64,000 bases of DNA from Pseudomonadota bacterium (lineage in GTDB: Bacteria; Pseudomonadota; Gammaproteobacteria; Pseudomonadales; Halomonadaceae), in NCBI GenBank assembly GCA_051749645.1, contig JBNJIT010000004.1:89158-153157 (forward strand). Reading direction: 5' to 3'. Below, piece after piece: positions 50,005-60,047 of this stretch. The stretch's first letter is position 1; each line of letters opens with the position of its first letter. Under the pieces are notes generated by a model. It made no database searches. It saw nothing but the letters and a program-made list of their open reading frames with translations, and was not told where the DNA came from. The translations under genes and the position numbers were made by a program.

Positions 50005-51201
50005 ATGTCCCAGGCCATCGAGAGCATTCAGCACACCCAGGCGGCGCCGGAGATCCTGCTCTATCCGCGTATTCGCAAGTCGCCGTTCTTCTATGCCTCG
50101 CGGCGGCATGGAGTGCGCAAGTACAGCGTCTACAACCACCACTACCACCCGCGCCTCTACACCGATCCGGTGGATGAGTACTGGGCGCTGGTGGAGGGCG
50201 TCACCCTGTGGGACGTGGGAGTGGAGCGCCAGATCGAGATCAGCGGCCCGGATGCCTTCGCCTTCACCCAGCGCTTGGTGCCCCGCGACATGCGCCAGTG
50301 TCAGGTGGGGCAGTGCAAATACGTCTTCGTCACCGCCCCCGACGGCGGCATCATCAACGACCCGGTGCTGTTGCGCATCGAGGAGAATCGTTTCTGGCTG
50401 TCGCTGGCGGACAGCGACGTGCTGCTGTGGTGCCAGGGGTTGGCCTACCATTCCGACCTCGACGTCACCCTCCGGGAGGTCGATGTGGCCCCGGTCCAGG
50501 TTCAGGGGCCCAAGGCCAAGGCGGTGATGGTCGACCTGTTCGGTGAGGCCGTGCTGTCGATGCCCTATTACCATCTGATGGAAGCCGAACTCGACGGCAT
50601 GTCGGTGGTGATCTCGCGCACCGGTTACTCCGGCGAAATCGGCTACGAGATCTATCTGCGCGAGGCGAGCCGCCACGGGGAAGCGCTGTGGCAGCGGGTC
50701 TTCGAGGCGGGGAGGCCCCATGACATGCAGGTGATCGGCCCCTGCCACATCCGACGCATCGAGGGGGGGATCCTCGCTTTCGGCTGCGACATCTGGTACG
50801 ACACCAACCCCTTCGAAGTGGGCATGGGTTATGACTGGATGGTCGACCTGCGTGGCGACGATGACTTCATCGGTCGCGCTGCGCTAGAGCGTATCAAGGC
50901 CGAAGGGGTTTCGCGCAAATTGGTGGGAGTGGAAATCGACGGTCCCAGCGTCGGCTACTTCACCGACGGTGCCATGATCGACGTCTTCCCGGTCCTCGAT
51001 AGTGCCGGCACGCGTATCGGCCAGGTGACCTCGGCCACCCGTTCACCGCGGCAGGAGCGCAATATCGGCTATGCCATGGTGCCGATCGAGCATAGCGAGT
51101 TGGGCACGCCGCTGCGCATCGAGGCCAATACTGGCCTGCAGGAAGCGCGGGTGGTTTCCAAGCCGTTCCACGACCCCAGCAAGGCGATTCCCAAGGGGTG
51201 A
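50005..51201 (+). CDS. GcvT-family THF-dependent methyltransferase, DmdA-like
   Basis: YSVYNH, LWDVGVERQIEISGPD, INDPVLLRIEENRFWLSLADSD, VQGP, SRTGYSGEIGYEIY and NPFE motifs; RBS AAGGAG. Confidence 0.8.
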   Translation: MSQAIESIQHTQAAPEILLYPRIRKSPFFYASRRHGVRKYSVYNHHYHPRLYTDPVDEYWALVEGVTLWDVGVERQIEISGPDAFAFTQRLVPRDMRQCQVGQCKYVFVTAPDGGIINDPVLLRIEENRFWLSLADSDVLLWCQGLAYHSDLDVTLREVDVAPVQVQGPKAKAVMVDLFGEAVLSMPYYHLMEAELDGMSVVISRTGYSGEIGYEIYLREASRHGEALWQRVFEAGRPHDMQVIGPCHIRRIEGGILAFGCDIWYDTNPFEVGMGYDWMVDLRGDDDFIGRAALERIKAEGVSRKLVGVEIDGPSVGYFTDGAMIDVFPVLDSAGTRIGQVTSATRSPRQERNIGYAMVPIEHSELGTPLRIEANTGLQEARVVSKPFHDPSKAIPKG

Positions 51202-51212
51202 GCCCCGGTACG

Positions 51213-51233
51213 ACCCCACCGGTGGTGGGGTCA
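51213..51233. terminator. Hairpin between convergent genes
   Basis: GACCCCACC-GGT-GGTGGGGTC. Confidence 0.6.
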
Positions 51234-52607
51234 TACGTGGCGCAGATACCAGTCGTACTCGAGCTTGTTCACCACCTGCATGGCCGCATCGCGCTCGGCG
51301 CGACGGTTGGCCAGGAAGACGGCGAGGAAGTCGTGTCCCAGTGCCGCATTGAGCACGGCACTCCCTTCCAGTAGGTCGAGAGCTCGTTGCCAGCTGTTGG
51401 TGAGGCTGGGGGATACCTGGGCGTAGGCGTTGCCGGTGATGGGGGGCGGCGGTTCGAGCCGATGATCCAGGCCATGCTCGATGCCGGCCAGCAGGGTCGC
51501 CACCAGGAGGTAGGGGTTGGCGTCGGCGCCGGCTACGCGATGTTCGATGCGTCGCGCTCCGTTGGGCCCGGCTGGAACACGCAGTGCGACCGAGCGGTTG
51601 TCGTATCCCCAGGTGGGTGTCATGGGTACGTAGAGGCCCGGCTGGAAACGGCGGTAGGAGTTGAGATTGGGCGCGCAGATGGCCATGCTCGCCGGCATCG
51701 TGGCCAACAGCCCGGCTACGGCATGGTGCAGGCGGGGCGTGCCGAGTGGCTCGCCATCCGGGTCGGCGAAGACGTTGTCGCCGGCCGGGTCGAGCAGGCT
51801 GATGTGCACATGAGTGCCGTTGCCGGCTTCCTGCCCATAGGGCTTGGCCATGAAGGTCGCCTCGAAGCCGTGCCGAAGAGCGACACCCTTGATCAGCCGC
51901 TTGAGCAGCACGGCGCTGTCGCAGGCGGTCAGGGCGTTTGCGCAGTGCACCAGGTTGATCTCGAACTGGCCGGGAGCGCACTCCTTGAGCGCCGTGTCCA
52001 GCGGCAGCCCCTGGATGTCGGCAGCGTGCTGGATCGCCTCGAGAAAGTCGGCGTACTCATCGAGCTCGCTGATCGAGTAGAGCTGGCTCTGAGTGGCGCG
52101 TTCGCCGTTGCCGGGTGACAGCGGCGGCTGGACCATGCCCAAGGCATCCCGGGCGCGATCCACCAGGTAGAATTCCATTTCCACGGCGACCACCGGCGTC
52201 AAGCCGGCGTGCTGAAAACGGGCCAACACGCGAGACAATACCTGGCGAGGGTCGGCAAAGAAGGGGCTGCCGTCGAGCTCGCTCATGGTCATCAACAGCT
52301 GGGCCTGGCGCCCCTCCCGCAGCCAGGGGCTGGGGGCGAGGGTCCCCGGTATGGGGTGACAGACTCGGTCGCCGTCACCGCTCGACAGGCCCAGGCCGGT
52401 TTCCTCGATGGTGTTGCCATTGATGTCCAGCGCGAACACCGACGCCGGCAAGTGGATGCCCTGCTCATACGCCTTGGCGAGGTTGCTGCCTGGCAGCCGC
52501 TTGCCGCGCATCACACCGTTGAGGTCGCTGATCAGCAGGTCGACGCTGTCGATGTCCGGATGCTGCTCGAGAAAGGCATGGGCCTCGGCGACTGGGCGAG
52601 ACGACAT
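51231..52607 (-). CDS. puuA: Gamma-glutamylpolyamine ligase (PuuA-like)
   Basis: SDLNGVMRGKR, AVEMEFYL, ECAPGQFEIN, TFMAKPY, NRSVALRVP and GADANPYL motifs. Confidence 0.85.
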   Translation of the reverse strand: MSSRPVAEAHAFLEQHPDIDSVDLLISDLNGVMRGKRLPGSNLAKAYEQGIHLPASVFALDINGNTIEETGLGLSSGDGDRVCHPIPGTLAPSPWLREGRQAQLLMTMSELDGSPFFADPRQVLSRVLARFQHAGLTPVVAVEMEFYLVDRARDALGMVQPPLSPGNGERATQSQLYSISELDEYADFLEAIQHAADIQGLPLDTALKECAPGQFEINLVHCANALTACDSAVLLKRLIKGVALRHGFEATFMAKPYGQEAGNGTHVHISLLDPAGDNVFADPDGEPLGTPRLHHAVAGLLATMPASMAICAPNLNSYRRFQPGLYVPMTPTWGYDNRSVALRVPAGPNGARRIEHRVAGADANPYLLVATLLAGIEHGLDHRLEPPPPITGNAYAQVSPSLTNSWQRALDLLEGSAVLNAALGHDFLAVFLANRRAERDAAMQVVNKLEYDWYLRHV

Positions 52608-52793
52608 GGTGTCACCTGTGCGTGGTTGGCTTTGATGGCTATCTTTCAGTTGCTGTCAGGTGTTGTCAAATCCTTTACGACAGAAAGCTGTTCGTTGCGC
52701 CTGACTGGATCGCTATAGAGCTCTTCGGTGCGCATTGTTTGGGGATTCTTGCAGTTTTTCGTGACGAGTTGGCAATCGGCATTTGGGGCTGTA

Positions 52794-52812
52794 TGTTGAG
52801 CAAAGTATAACA
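52794..52812. promoter_or_regulatory. Candidate PuuR/PauR operator
   Basis: TGTT-N11-AACA in the AT-rich divergent puuA/spuC region; related TGTTGTC...CGACA at 52661-52682. Confidence 0.3.
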
Positions 52813-52853
52813 TTGCTCCCATGAGTGGCTCGCGCCGAGGAGACTCCACCATC

Positions 52854-54242
52854 ATGAGCCAGGAATTGAAAGCGCTCGACCGCGCCCATCATCTTCACTC
52901 CTTCACCGACTTCAAGGCCCTGGGAGAAGAGGGCAGTCGTATCATCACCCATGCCGAGGGTGTCTACATCCACGACAGTGAAGGCCATCGGATTCTCGAC
53001 GGCATGGCCGGGCTGTGGTGCGTCAACCTGGGCTATGGCCGCGAAGAGCTCGTCGCTGCGGCCAGCGTGCAGATGCGCGAACTGCCTTACTACAACAATT
53101 TCTTCAAGACGACGCATCCGCCGGCCGTGAAGCTCGCCGAGACGCTGTGTCGCCTGGCGCCTCCCTACGTCAATCATGTCTTCTTCACCGGCTCCGGCTC
53201 CGAGGCCAACGATACAGTGCTGCGCATGGTGCGACGTTTCTGGGCGCTGCGGGGCAAGCCACGCAAGCAGTGGGTGATCGCTCGCGAGAACGCCTACCAC
53301 GGCTCCACCGTTGCCGGCATGAGTCTGGGCGGCATGGCGCCGATGCACGCCCAGGGCGGTCCGCTGGTGCCGGGTATCGCCCACGTCCGCCAGCCCTACT
53401 GGTTTGACGAAGGGCGAGACCGGGACCCCGAGGCCTTCGGCCGCGAGTGCGCTGCCGCCATCGAAGCGAAGATCCAGGAGCTGGGGGAAGATAACGTCGC
53501 TGCCTTCATTGCCGAGCCCGTGCAGGGTGCTGGCGGGGCCATCATTCCGCCGGAAAGCTACTGGCCGGCGGTGAAGGCGGTGCTGGCGAAATACGACATC
53601 CTGCTGGTGGTCGACGAGGTGATCTGCGGTTTCGGACGTCTCGGTGAATGGTTCGGTAGCCAGCACTACGGTCTCGAGCCCGATCTGATGCCGATTGCCA
53701 AGGGACTCTCGTCCGGCTATCTGCCCATCGGTGGCGTGCTGGTGGGGGATCGGGTGGCCGATACGCTGATCGAAGCGGGTGGCGAGTTTTTCCACGGCTT
53801 CACCTACTCCGGCCATCCGGTCTGTGCCGCCGTGGCATTGAAGAATCTCGAACTGATGGAAGCCGAGGACGTGGTGGAACGCGTTCGCGACGAGATCGGT
53901 CCCTACATCGCCAAGCGCTGGGGCGAACTGGCCGATCACCCGCTGGTGGGTGAGGCGCGTTCGCTGGGGCTGATCGGCGCCCTGGAGCTGATCGATCCGG
54001 CCTGCGGCGAGCGTTTTCCCAAGGCGTGGGGAGCGGGCAACCTGTGCCGGGACATCAGCTTTGAGGCCGGCCTGGTGATGCGTTCGGTGGGTGATACGAT
54101 GATCATTTCGCCGCCCCTGGTCATCACCCGCGAGCAGGTCGACGAGCTGGTCGGCCTGGCCCGCCAGGCGCTGGACGAAACCGCTGAACGTCTGGCCCAT
54201 CGCCGGGCTCGCCAACCCCATACAGAGGAGAAATCCGCATGA
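52854..54242 (+). CDS. spuC: Class III aminotransferase, putrescine-pyruvate type
   Basis: LDGMAGLWC, SGSEAND, YHGST, DEVICGFGR and IAKGLSSGY (PLP Lys) motifs; start MSQELK with RBS GAGGAG. Confidence 0.82.
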   Translation: MSQELKALDRAHHLHSFTDFKALGEEGSRIITHAEGVYIHDSEGHRILDGMAGLWCVNLGYGREELVAAASVQMRELPYYNNFFKTTHPPAVKLAETLCRLAPPYVNHVFFTGSGSEANDTVLRMVRRFWALRGKPRKQWVIARENAYHGSTVAGMSLGGMAPMHAQGGPLVPGIAHVRQPYWFDEGRDRDPEAFGRECAAAIEAKIQELGEDNVAAFIAEPVQGAGGAIIPPESYWPAVKAVLAKYDILLVVDEVICGFGRLGEWFGSQHYGLEPDLMPIAKGLSSGYLPIGGVLVGDRVADTLIEAGGEFFHGFTYSGHPVCAAVALKNLELMEAEDVVERVRDEIGPYIAKRWGELADHPLVGEARSLGLIGALELIDPACGERFPKAWGAGNLCRDISFEAGLVMRSVGDTMIISPPLVITREQVDELVGLARQALDETAERLAHRRARQPHTEEKSA

Positions 54243-55741
54243 GCGCCCAGCATCGTCCCGAGAGCCGTGCCGACTGGCAGGCCCTAGCCGACGCCTTGAC
54301 CTTCGAGTCTCGCGCCTTCATCGACGACGACTTTGCGGCAGCGGCCAGCGGCGAGACCTTCGAATCGCGCAACCCGGCAACCGGCGAGCTCCTGGCCGAG
54401 GTGGCGAGCTGCGATGCCCCGGATGCCGAGCGCGCGGTGGCTGCCGGACGCGCCGCCTTCGCCGCTGGCGGCTGGTCGCGCCTGGCTCCCGGTAAGCGCA
54501 AGAAGATCCTGCTGCGGCTTGCCGACCTGATGGAAGACCACAAGGATGAGCTGGCACTGCTCGACACCCTCGACATGGGCAAGCCGATCGGCAGTTCCCT
54601 CGGCGACATGGCCGGTGCCATCGCTTGCTTGCGCTACAACGCCGAGGCCATCGACAAGGTCTTCGGCGAGGTGGCGCCCACCGGCGAGGAAAGCCTGGCG
54701 CTGGTACTGCGTGAGCCGCTCGGTGTGGTGGCTTCCATCGTGCCGTGGAATTTCCCGCTGATGATGACCGCGTGGAAGATCGCGCCGGCACTGGCCGCCG
54801 GCAACAGCGTCATCCTCAAGCCCTCGGAGAAGTCGCCCCTCTCGGCGTTGCGGCTCGCCCAGCTGGCCCAGCAGGCGGGCCTGCCGCGCGGTGTCTTCCA
54901 GGTACTGCCGGGCTTTGGCCATACCGTGGGCAAGGCATTGGCGCTCTCCATGGAGGTCGACTGCCTCTCCTTCACGGGCTCCACCGCCACCGGCAAGCAG
55001 CTGATGCAATATGCCGGGCAGTCCAACCTCAAGCGGGTCTACCTGGAGTGCGGCGGCAAGAGTCCCAACCTGATCTTTGCCGACTGCAAAAACCTCGACC
55101 GGGTGGCCAAGCATGCCGCGGCGGCCATCTTCCACAATCAGGGAGAGGTGTGCATCGCGGGCTCACGACTGTTGGTCGAGAACAGCATCCGCGAAGCGTT
55201 CGTCGACAAGGTGCTGGCCGCTGCCGAGACCATGCAGCCGGGCGACCCTCTCGATCCCGACAGTTTCATGGGAGCCATCGTCGACGAGGCTCAGCACCGC
55301 CGTATCCTCGATTACATTCGCCAGGGGGTGGAAGCGGGAGCCCGGTTGCGTACCGGTGGCCAGGCGCTGTCCGGGCGGGGGCTGTTCATACCGCCAACGG
55401 TGTTCGACGGCGTGACGCCGACGATGGCCATCGGCCGCGAGGAAGTCTTCGGCCCGGTGCTCTCGGTGTTCGGTTTCGACAGCGAGGAAGAGGCCATCGA
55501 ACTGGCCAACGACAGCGTCTACGGCCTTGCGGCCGGCCTGTGGAGCCAGGACATCGACCGCATCATGCGCGTGACGCGCCGACTCCATTCGGGCCAGGTG
55601 TTCGTCAACAACTGGGCCGGCGGTGATCAGACCGTGCCCTTCGGTGGCGTCAAGCAGTCGGGCAACGGCCGCGACAAGTCGATGCACTCACTGCAGGAGT
55701 ACTCGGAGCTCAAGACGGTGTGGATGGCGCTGTCGACCTGA
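54239..55741 (+). CDS. puuC: Aldehyde dehydrogenase (PuuC/PauC-like)
   Basis: VPWNFP, FTGST, LECGGKSP, NQGEVC and EEVFGPV motifs; ATGA overlap with spuC. Confidence 0.85.
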   Translation: MSAQHRPESRADWQALADALTFESRAFIDDDFAAAASGETFESRNPATGELLAEVASCDAPDAERAVAAGRAAFAAGGWSRLAPGKRKKILLRLADLMEDHKDELALLDTLDMGKPIGSSLGDMAGAIACLRYNAEAIDKVFGEVAPTGEESLALVLREPLGVVASIVPWNFPLMMTAWKIAPALAAGNSVILKPSEKSPLSALRLAQLAQQAGLPRGVFQVLPGFGHTVGKALALSMEVDCLSFTGSTATGKQLMQYAGQSNLKRVYLECGGKSPNLIFADCKNLDRVAKHAAAAIFHNQGEVCIAGSRLLVENSIREAFVDKVLAAAETMQPGDPLDPDSFMGAIVDEAQHRRILDYIRQGVEAGARLRTGGQALSGRGLFIPPTVFDGVTPTMAIGREEVFGPVLSVFGFDSEEEAIELANDSVYGLAAGLWSQDIDRIMRVTRRLHSGQVFVNNWAGGDQTVPFGGVKQSGNGRDKSMHSLQEYSELKTVWMALST

Positions 55742-55805
55742 GTTCAGGATGAAGTCAAGTTACGCCGCCGGCCTCAGAGGCCGGCGTCGTCGTTGGTGCG
55801 GTGCT

Positions 55806-55982
55806 TCACGGGATCTGTCGTCGCCGCTCCTCGATCTCGGCCAACAAGGCTTCGGCCTCTTCGCTGAACGTGGCATTGGCGCGCATGTCTCCGTTGCGGG
55901 CGGCTTGCATGGCTTGCTTCAGCTTCTGCTCATAGGCCTTCTGCAGTTGGCGGGTCGGGTTACGCTTTAACCATCCGAGCAT
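55806..55982 (-). CDS. Small 58-aa basic helical protein (resembles DUF6435 family); absent from the ORF track
   Basis: Own translation MLGWLKRNPTRQLQKAYEQKLKQAMQAARNGDMRANATFSEEAEALLAEIEERRRQIP; RBS AGGAG. Confidence 0.75.
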   Translation of the reverse strand: MLGWLKRNPTRQLQKAYEQKLKQAMQAARNGDMRANATFSEEAEALLAEIEERRRQIP

Positions 55983-56019
55983 TGTCTCTCTCCTGGTGTG
56001 TCAAGGCGCCATTTCGGGC

Positions 56020-57720
56020 TCAGAAACTGGCCCACTCCGGTTCCGGTCGAGCGCGTTCAGTTCCCGCTGTCGTGGCCTGCGGCGCCGGATCCGCGGTTGC
56101 ATTCAGGCTGGCCAGGGCGCGATTCACTGCCCGGCTGCTGTCCGGTAGCTGGAAAGCCGACATGGCAGCCATCAACTGCTGAGCGTGTTGACGCAGGTTG
56201 CCCGCGGCCGTGGCACTCTCCTGTACCAACCTGGCGTTCTGTTGGGTGACCTGATCCATCTGGGTGACCGCCGTGCCAGCCTCTTCGACCCCGGCACGCT
56301 GTTCGGCGCTGGCGTGGCTGATTTCCTGCATGATCTGGCTGACCCGGCCGATGGCGGCAACGATGTCTTCGGTGGCCTGGCTGGCCTCGGCCGCACGTTC
56401 GTTGCCGTGCTTGACGCGTTCCCCGTTGCGCTGGATCAGGTCGGTGATCTCCTGGGCGGCGTCGGCGCTGTTCTGGGCCAGCTTGCGCACTTCGGCGGCG
56501 ACCACGGCAAAGCCGCGACCGTGTTCGCCGGCCCGCGCCGCTTCCACCGAGGCATTGAGTGCCAGGATGTTGGTCTGGAAGGCAATGTCGTCGATGGTGG
56601 AGATGATGCTGGCGATCTCGCTGGAGCTCTCGTCGAGCTCGCGCATGGTATGAGTCACCTGATGCACCGCTTCGCCGCCGCGCTTGGCCGTGCTGGAGGC
56701 GTCTTCGGCTTCACGGCTGGCCTGTTCGGCGTTATCGGAGTTCTGGGTTACGGTGCCGTTGAGTTCTTCCATGGCCGAGGCGGTCTGCGTCAGTGCACTG
56801 GCCTGTTGCTCGGTGCGGGAGGCGAGGTCGCTGTTGCCTTCGGCGATCTGTTCGCTGTTGCTGGCCACCGATTCGGCGGCGGCGCGCACCTGAGCGACGA
56901 TGCCTTGCAGTTGGCGGGCCATGGAAACCTGAGCGGCCATGATGCTGTGCCGGTCGCCCTTGCGCAGTCGCCCTTCGGTGGCCAGCTCGCCACGTCCGAT
57001 GGCCTCGGCGAACGCTTTCACCTCATGCGGCTCGGCGCCCAGTTCATGCAGCAGCTGGCGTGACAGGAAGTAGGCGATGAGGCTGCCGATCACCAGAGCG
57101 GCCAGGCACAGGCCCAGCATCAGCATCTGGAAGCCGGAGGCAGTGTCCCGTGCGCTGGCAGTGTCGGTGGCCGTTTCCGCTTCCTGGTGGTCGATGAAGG
57201 CATTGATGTCGTCGAGCCACTGGAAGAAGGCCGGACCGGCCTGGCTGAGCAGGGCGTTGCGCGCCTCGTCGAGGTTGCCGCTTGCGCGTGCGGCGATGAT
57301 TGCGCCGGCTAGGGCGTTGGTGCGTTCTGCCTGGTTCTCGATGGCATCCAGCAGCCGCTCCTCTTCCTGGCTGGCGGCGTTGGCTGTCAGGGTGTCTGCC
57401 ATGCCTTGGTTGGCGGCCCGGTAGTTGTCGGCCAGTTCCCGATAGTCGGCCTGCAAGCGTTCCAGTTCTTCCGGCTGTGCGACCAGCGTCATGTCGCGCA
57501 GCAGGATGGCGCGGTCGTGTACGCTGCCGCGCCAGTCGATGGCATGGCGGAGCTTGACGCCATTGACGTCGTTGATGGTGGTCAGGTCGCGATCGATGCG
57601 GTTGACCTGGTCGATGCCGATGACGGTGAGAATGACGATCAGGGCGAGTACGGCGGAAAAGCCCCCGACCAGGCGGGTGCGAATACCGAGGCGAGCCATT
57701 CTGGCGGTGAGCGTTCTCAT
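56020..57720 (-). CDS. Methyl-accepting chemotaxis protein (four-helix-bundle sensor)
   Basis: Two TM segments, [30 protein letters not shown] hairpin, C-terminal EWASF pentapeptide; start MRTLT at 57720. Confidence 0.95.
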   Translation of the reverse strand: MRTLTARMARLGIRTRLVGGFSAVLALIVILTVIGIDQVNRIDRDLTTINDVNGVKLRHAIDWRGSVHDRAILLRDMTLVAQPEELERLQADYRELADNYRAANQGMADTLTANAASQEEERLLDAIENQAERTNALAGAIIAARASGNLDEARNALLSQAGPAFFQWLDDINAFIDHQEAETATDTASARDTASGFQMLMLGLCLAALVIGSLIAYFLSRQLLHELGAEPHEVKAFAEAIGRGELATEGRLRKGDRHSIMAAQVSMARQLQGIVAQVRAAAESVASNSEQIAEGNSDLASRTEQQASALTQTASAMEELNGTVTQNSDNAEQASREAEDASSTAKRGGEAVHQVTHTMRELDESSSEIASIISTIDDIAFQTNILALNASVEAARAGEHGRGFAVVAAEVRKLAQNSADAAQEITDLIQRNGERVKHGNERAAEASQATEDIVAAIGRVSQIMQEISHASAEQRAGVEEAGTAVTQMDQVTQQNARLVQESATAAGNLRQHAQQLMAAMSAFQLPDSSRAVNRALASLNATADPAPQATTAGTERARPEPEWASF

Positions 57721-57792
57721 TGTGGGCGTTCCTTCTGCGTAGCGTCTGGGGTAGGTGCATGACATCGATGCGACCCTGTGCGTTACCAGACT

Positions 57793-57821
57793 AATACTTG
57801 TATTATATTTGTACAAGTATT
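57793..57821. promoter_or_regulatory. AT-rich inverted repeat enclosing a TATAAT -10 box
   Basis: AATACTTGTA-N9-TACAAGTATT; minus-strand TATAAT at 57807-57802. Confidence 0.7.
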
Positions 57822-57963
57822 TTGCCGTTGTGCAGCTAGCTGAAGCGTGCTCACCGCCGCCGTTAGGTGGAGGCAGCAGCCGAGAAAGGGGGTGTGCAAG
57901 GAGAGGGTGACAGGAAGGGCGGTAAAGGTGTTGTAAAAGGAGTGGCCGGGCGGTGCCCCAGCC

Positions 57964-58515
57964 TCAGAAGGTGCGGGCCGGGGTGGCGCAGCTGACCAGG
58001 CGGCAGGGAATCTGGCCCGGATTGCGAAAGCGGTGGGGGACGTTGGTGTCGAAGTAGTAGGCTTCGCCGGGGCCGAGCACGCGGCTTTCGGCGCCGATGG
58101 TGATCTCGATCTCGCCCTCGAGCACCACGCCGGCCTCCTCCCCCTGGTGGGCGATCATCTCGCGGCCGGTGTCGGCGCCGGCTGGATAGGTTTCGACCAT
58201 GAAGGCCAGCGCCCGGCTCTCGCGATTGGCTCCGACCAGCTTGTAGATCACCTGGCCCGAGCCCATGTCGGCCAGCTCGTCGGGCTTGTAGAAGACCTGG
58301 TTGCGACTCTCCAGATCCATGGTGAAGAAGTCGCCGACGCTGATGGGGATGGCGTCGAGAACCTTCTTGAGGGAGCTCACCGAGGGGCTGACCTTGCCCT
58401 GCTCGATCAGCGACAGGCTGGAGTGGGTCACGCCGCAGCGCTTGGCGAGCTCCCGCTGAGATATCCCGCGCAAAGTACGCAGGGCGCGCAATCGTGTGCC
58501 GACGTCATCGGACAT
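57964..58515 (-). CDS. puuR: XRE-HTH + cupin repressor of polyamine utilisation
   Basis: SQRELAKRCGVTHSSLSLIEQGKVSPSVSSLKKVL, HQGEEAG and PHRFRN motifs; start MSDDVG at 58515. Confidence 0.85.
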   Translation of the reverse strand: MSDDVGTRLRALRTLRGISQRELAKRCGVTHSSLSLIEQGKVSPSVSSLKKVLDAIPISVGDFFTMDLESRNQVFYKPDELADMGSGQVIYKLVGANRESRALAFMVETYPAGADTGREMIAHQGEEAGVVLEGEIEITIGAESRVLGPGEAYYFDTNVPHRFRNPGQIPCRLVSCATPARTF

Positions 58516-58592
58516 CTGGGTTTCCTTGCTGGCGTGAAGTGTCGTTGTCGCCACGGGTCGAGCCCCGTGGCGACGGTCTGGCCGGGTGGGGC

Positions 58593-60046
<1,454 letters not shown>

Positions 60047-60047
<1 letters not shown>

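Noticed and set aside
50005-51201. Calling this gene gcvT or dmdA outright
   Set aside because: There are no gcvH/gcvP neighbours, and DmdA orthology cannot be established without a phylogeny.
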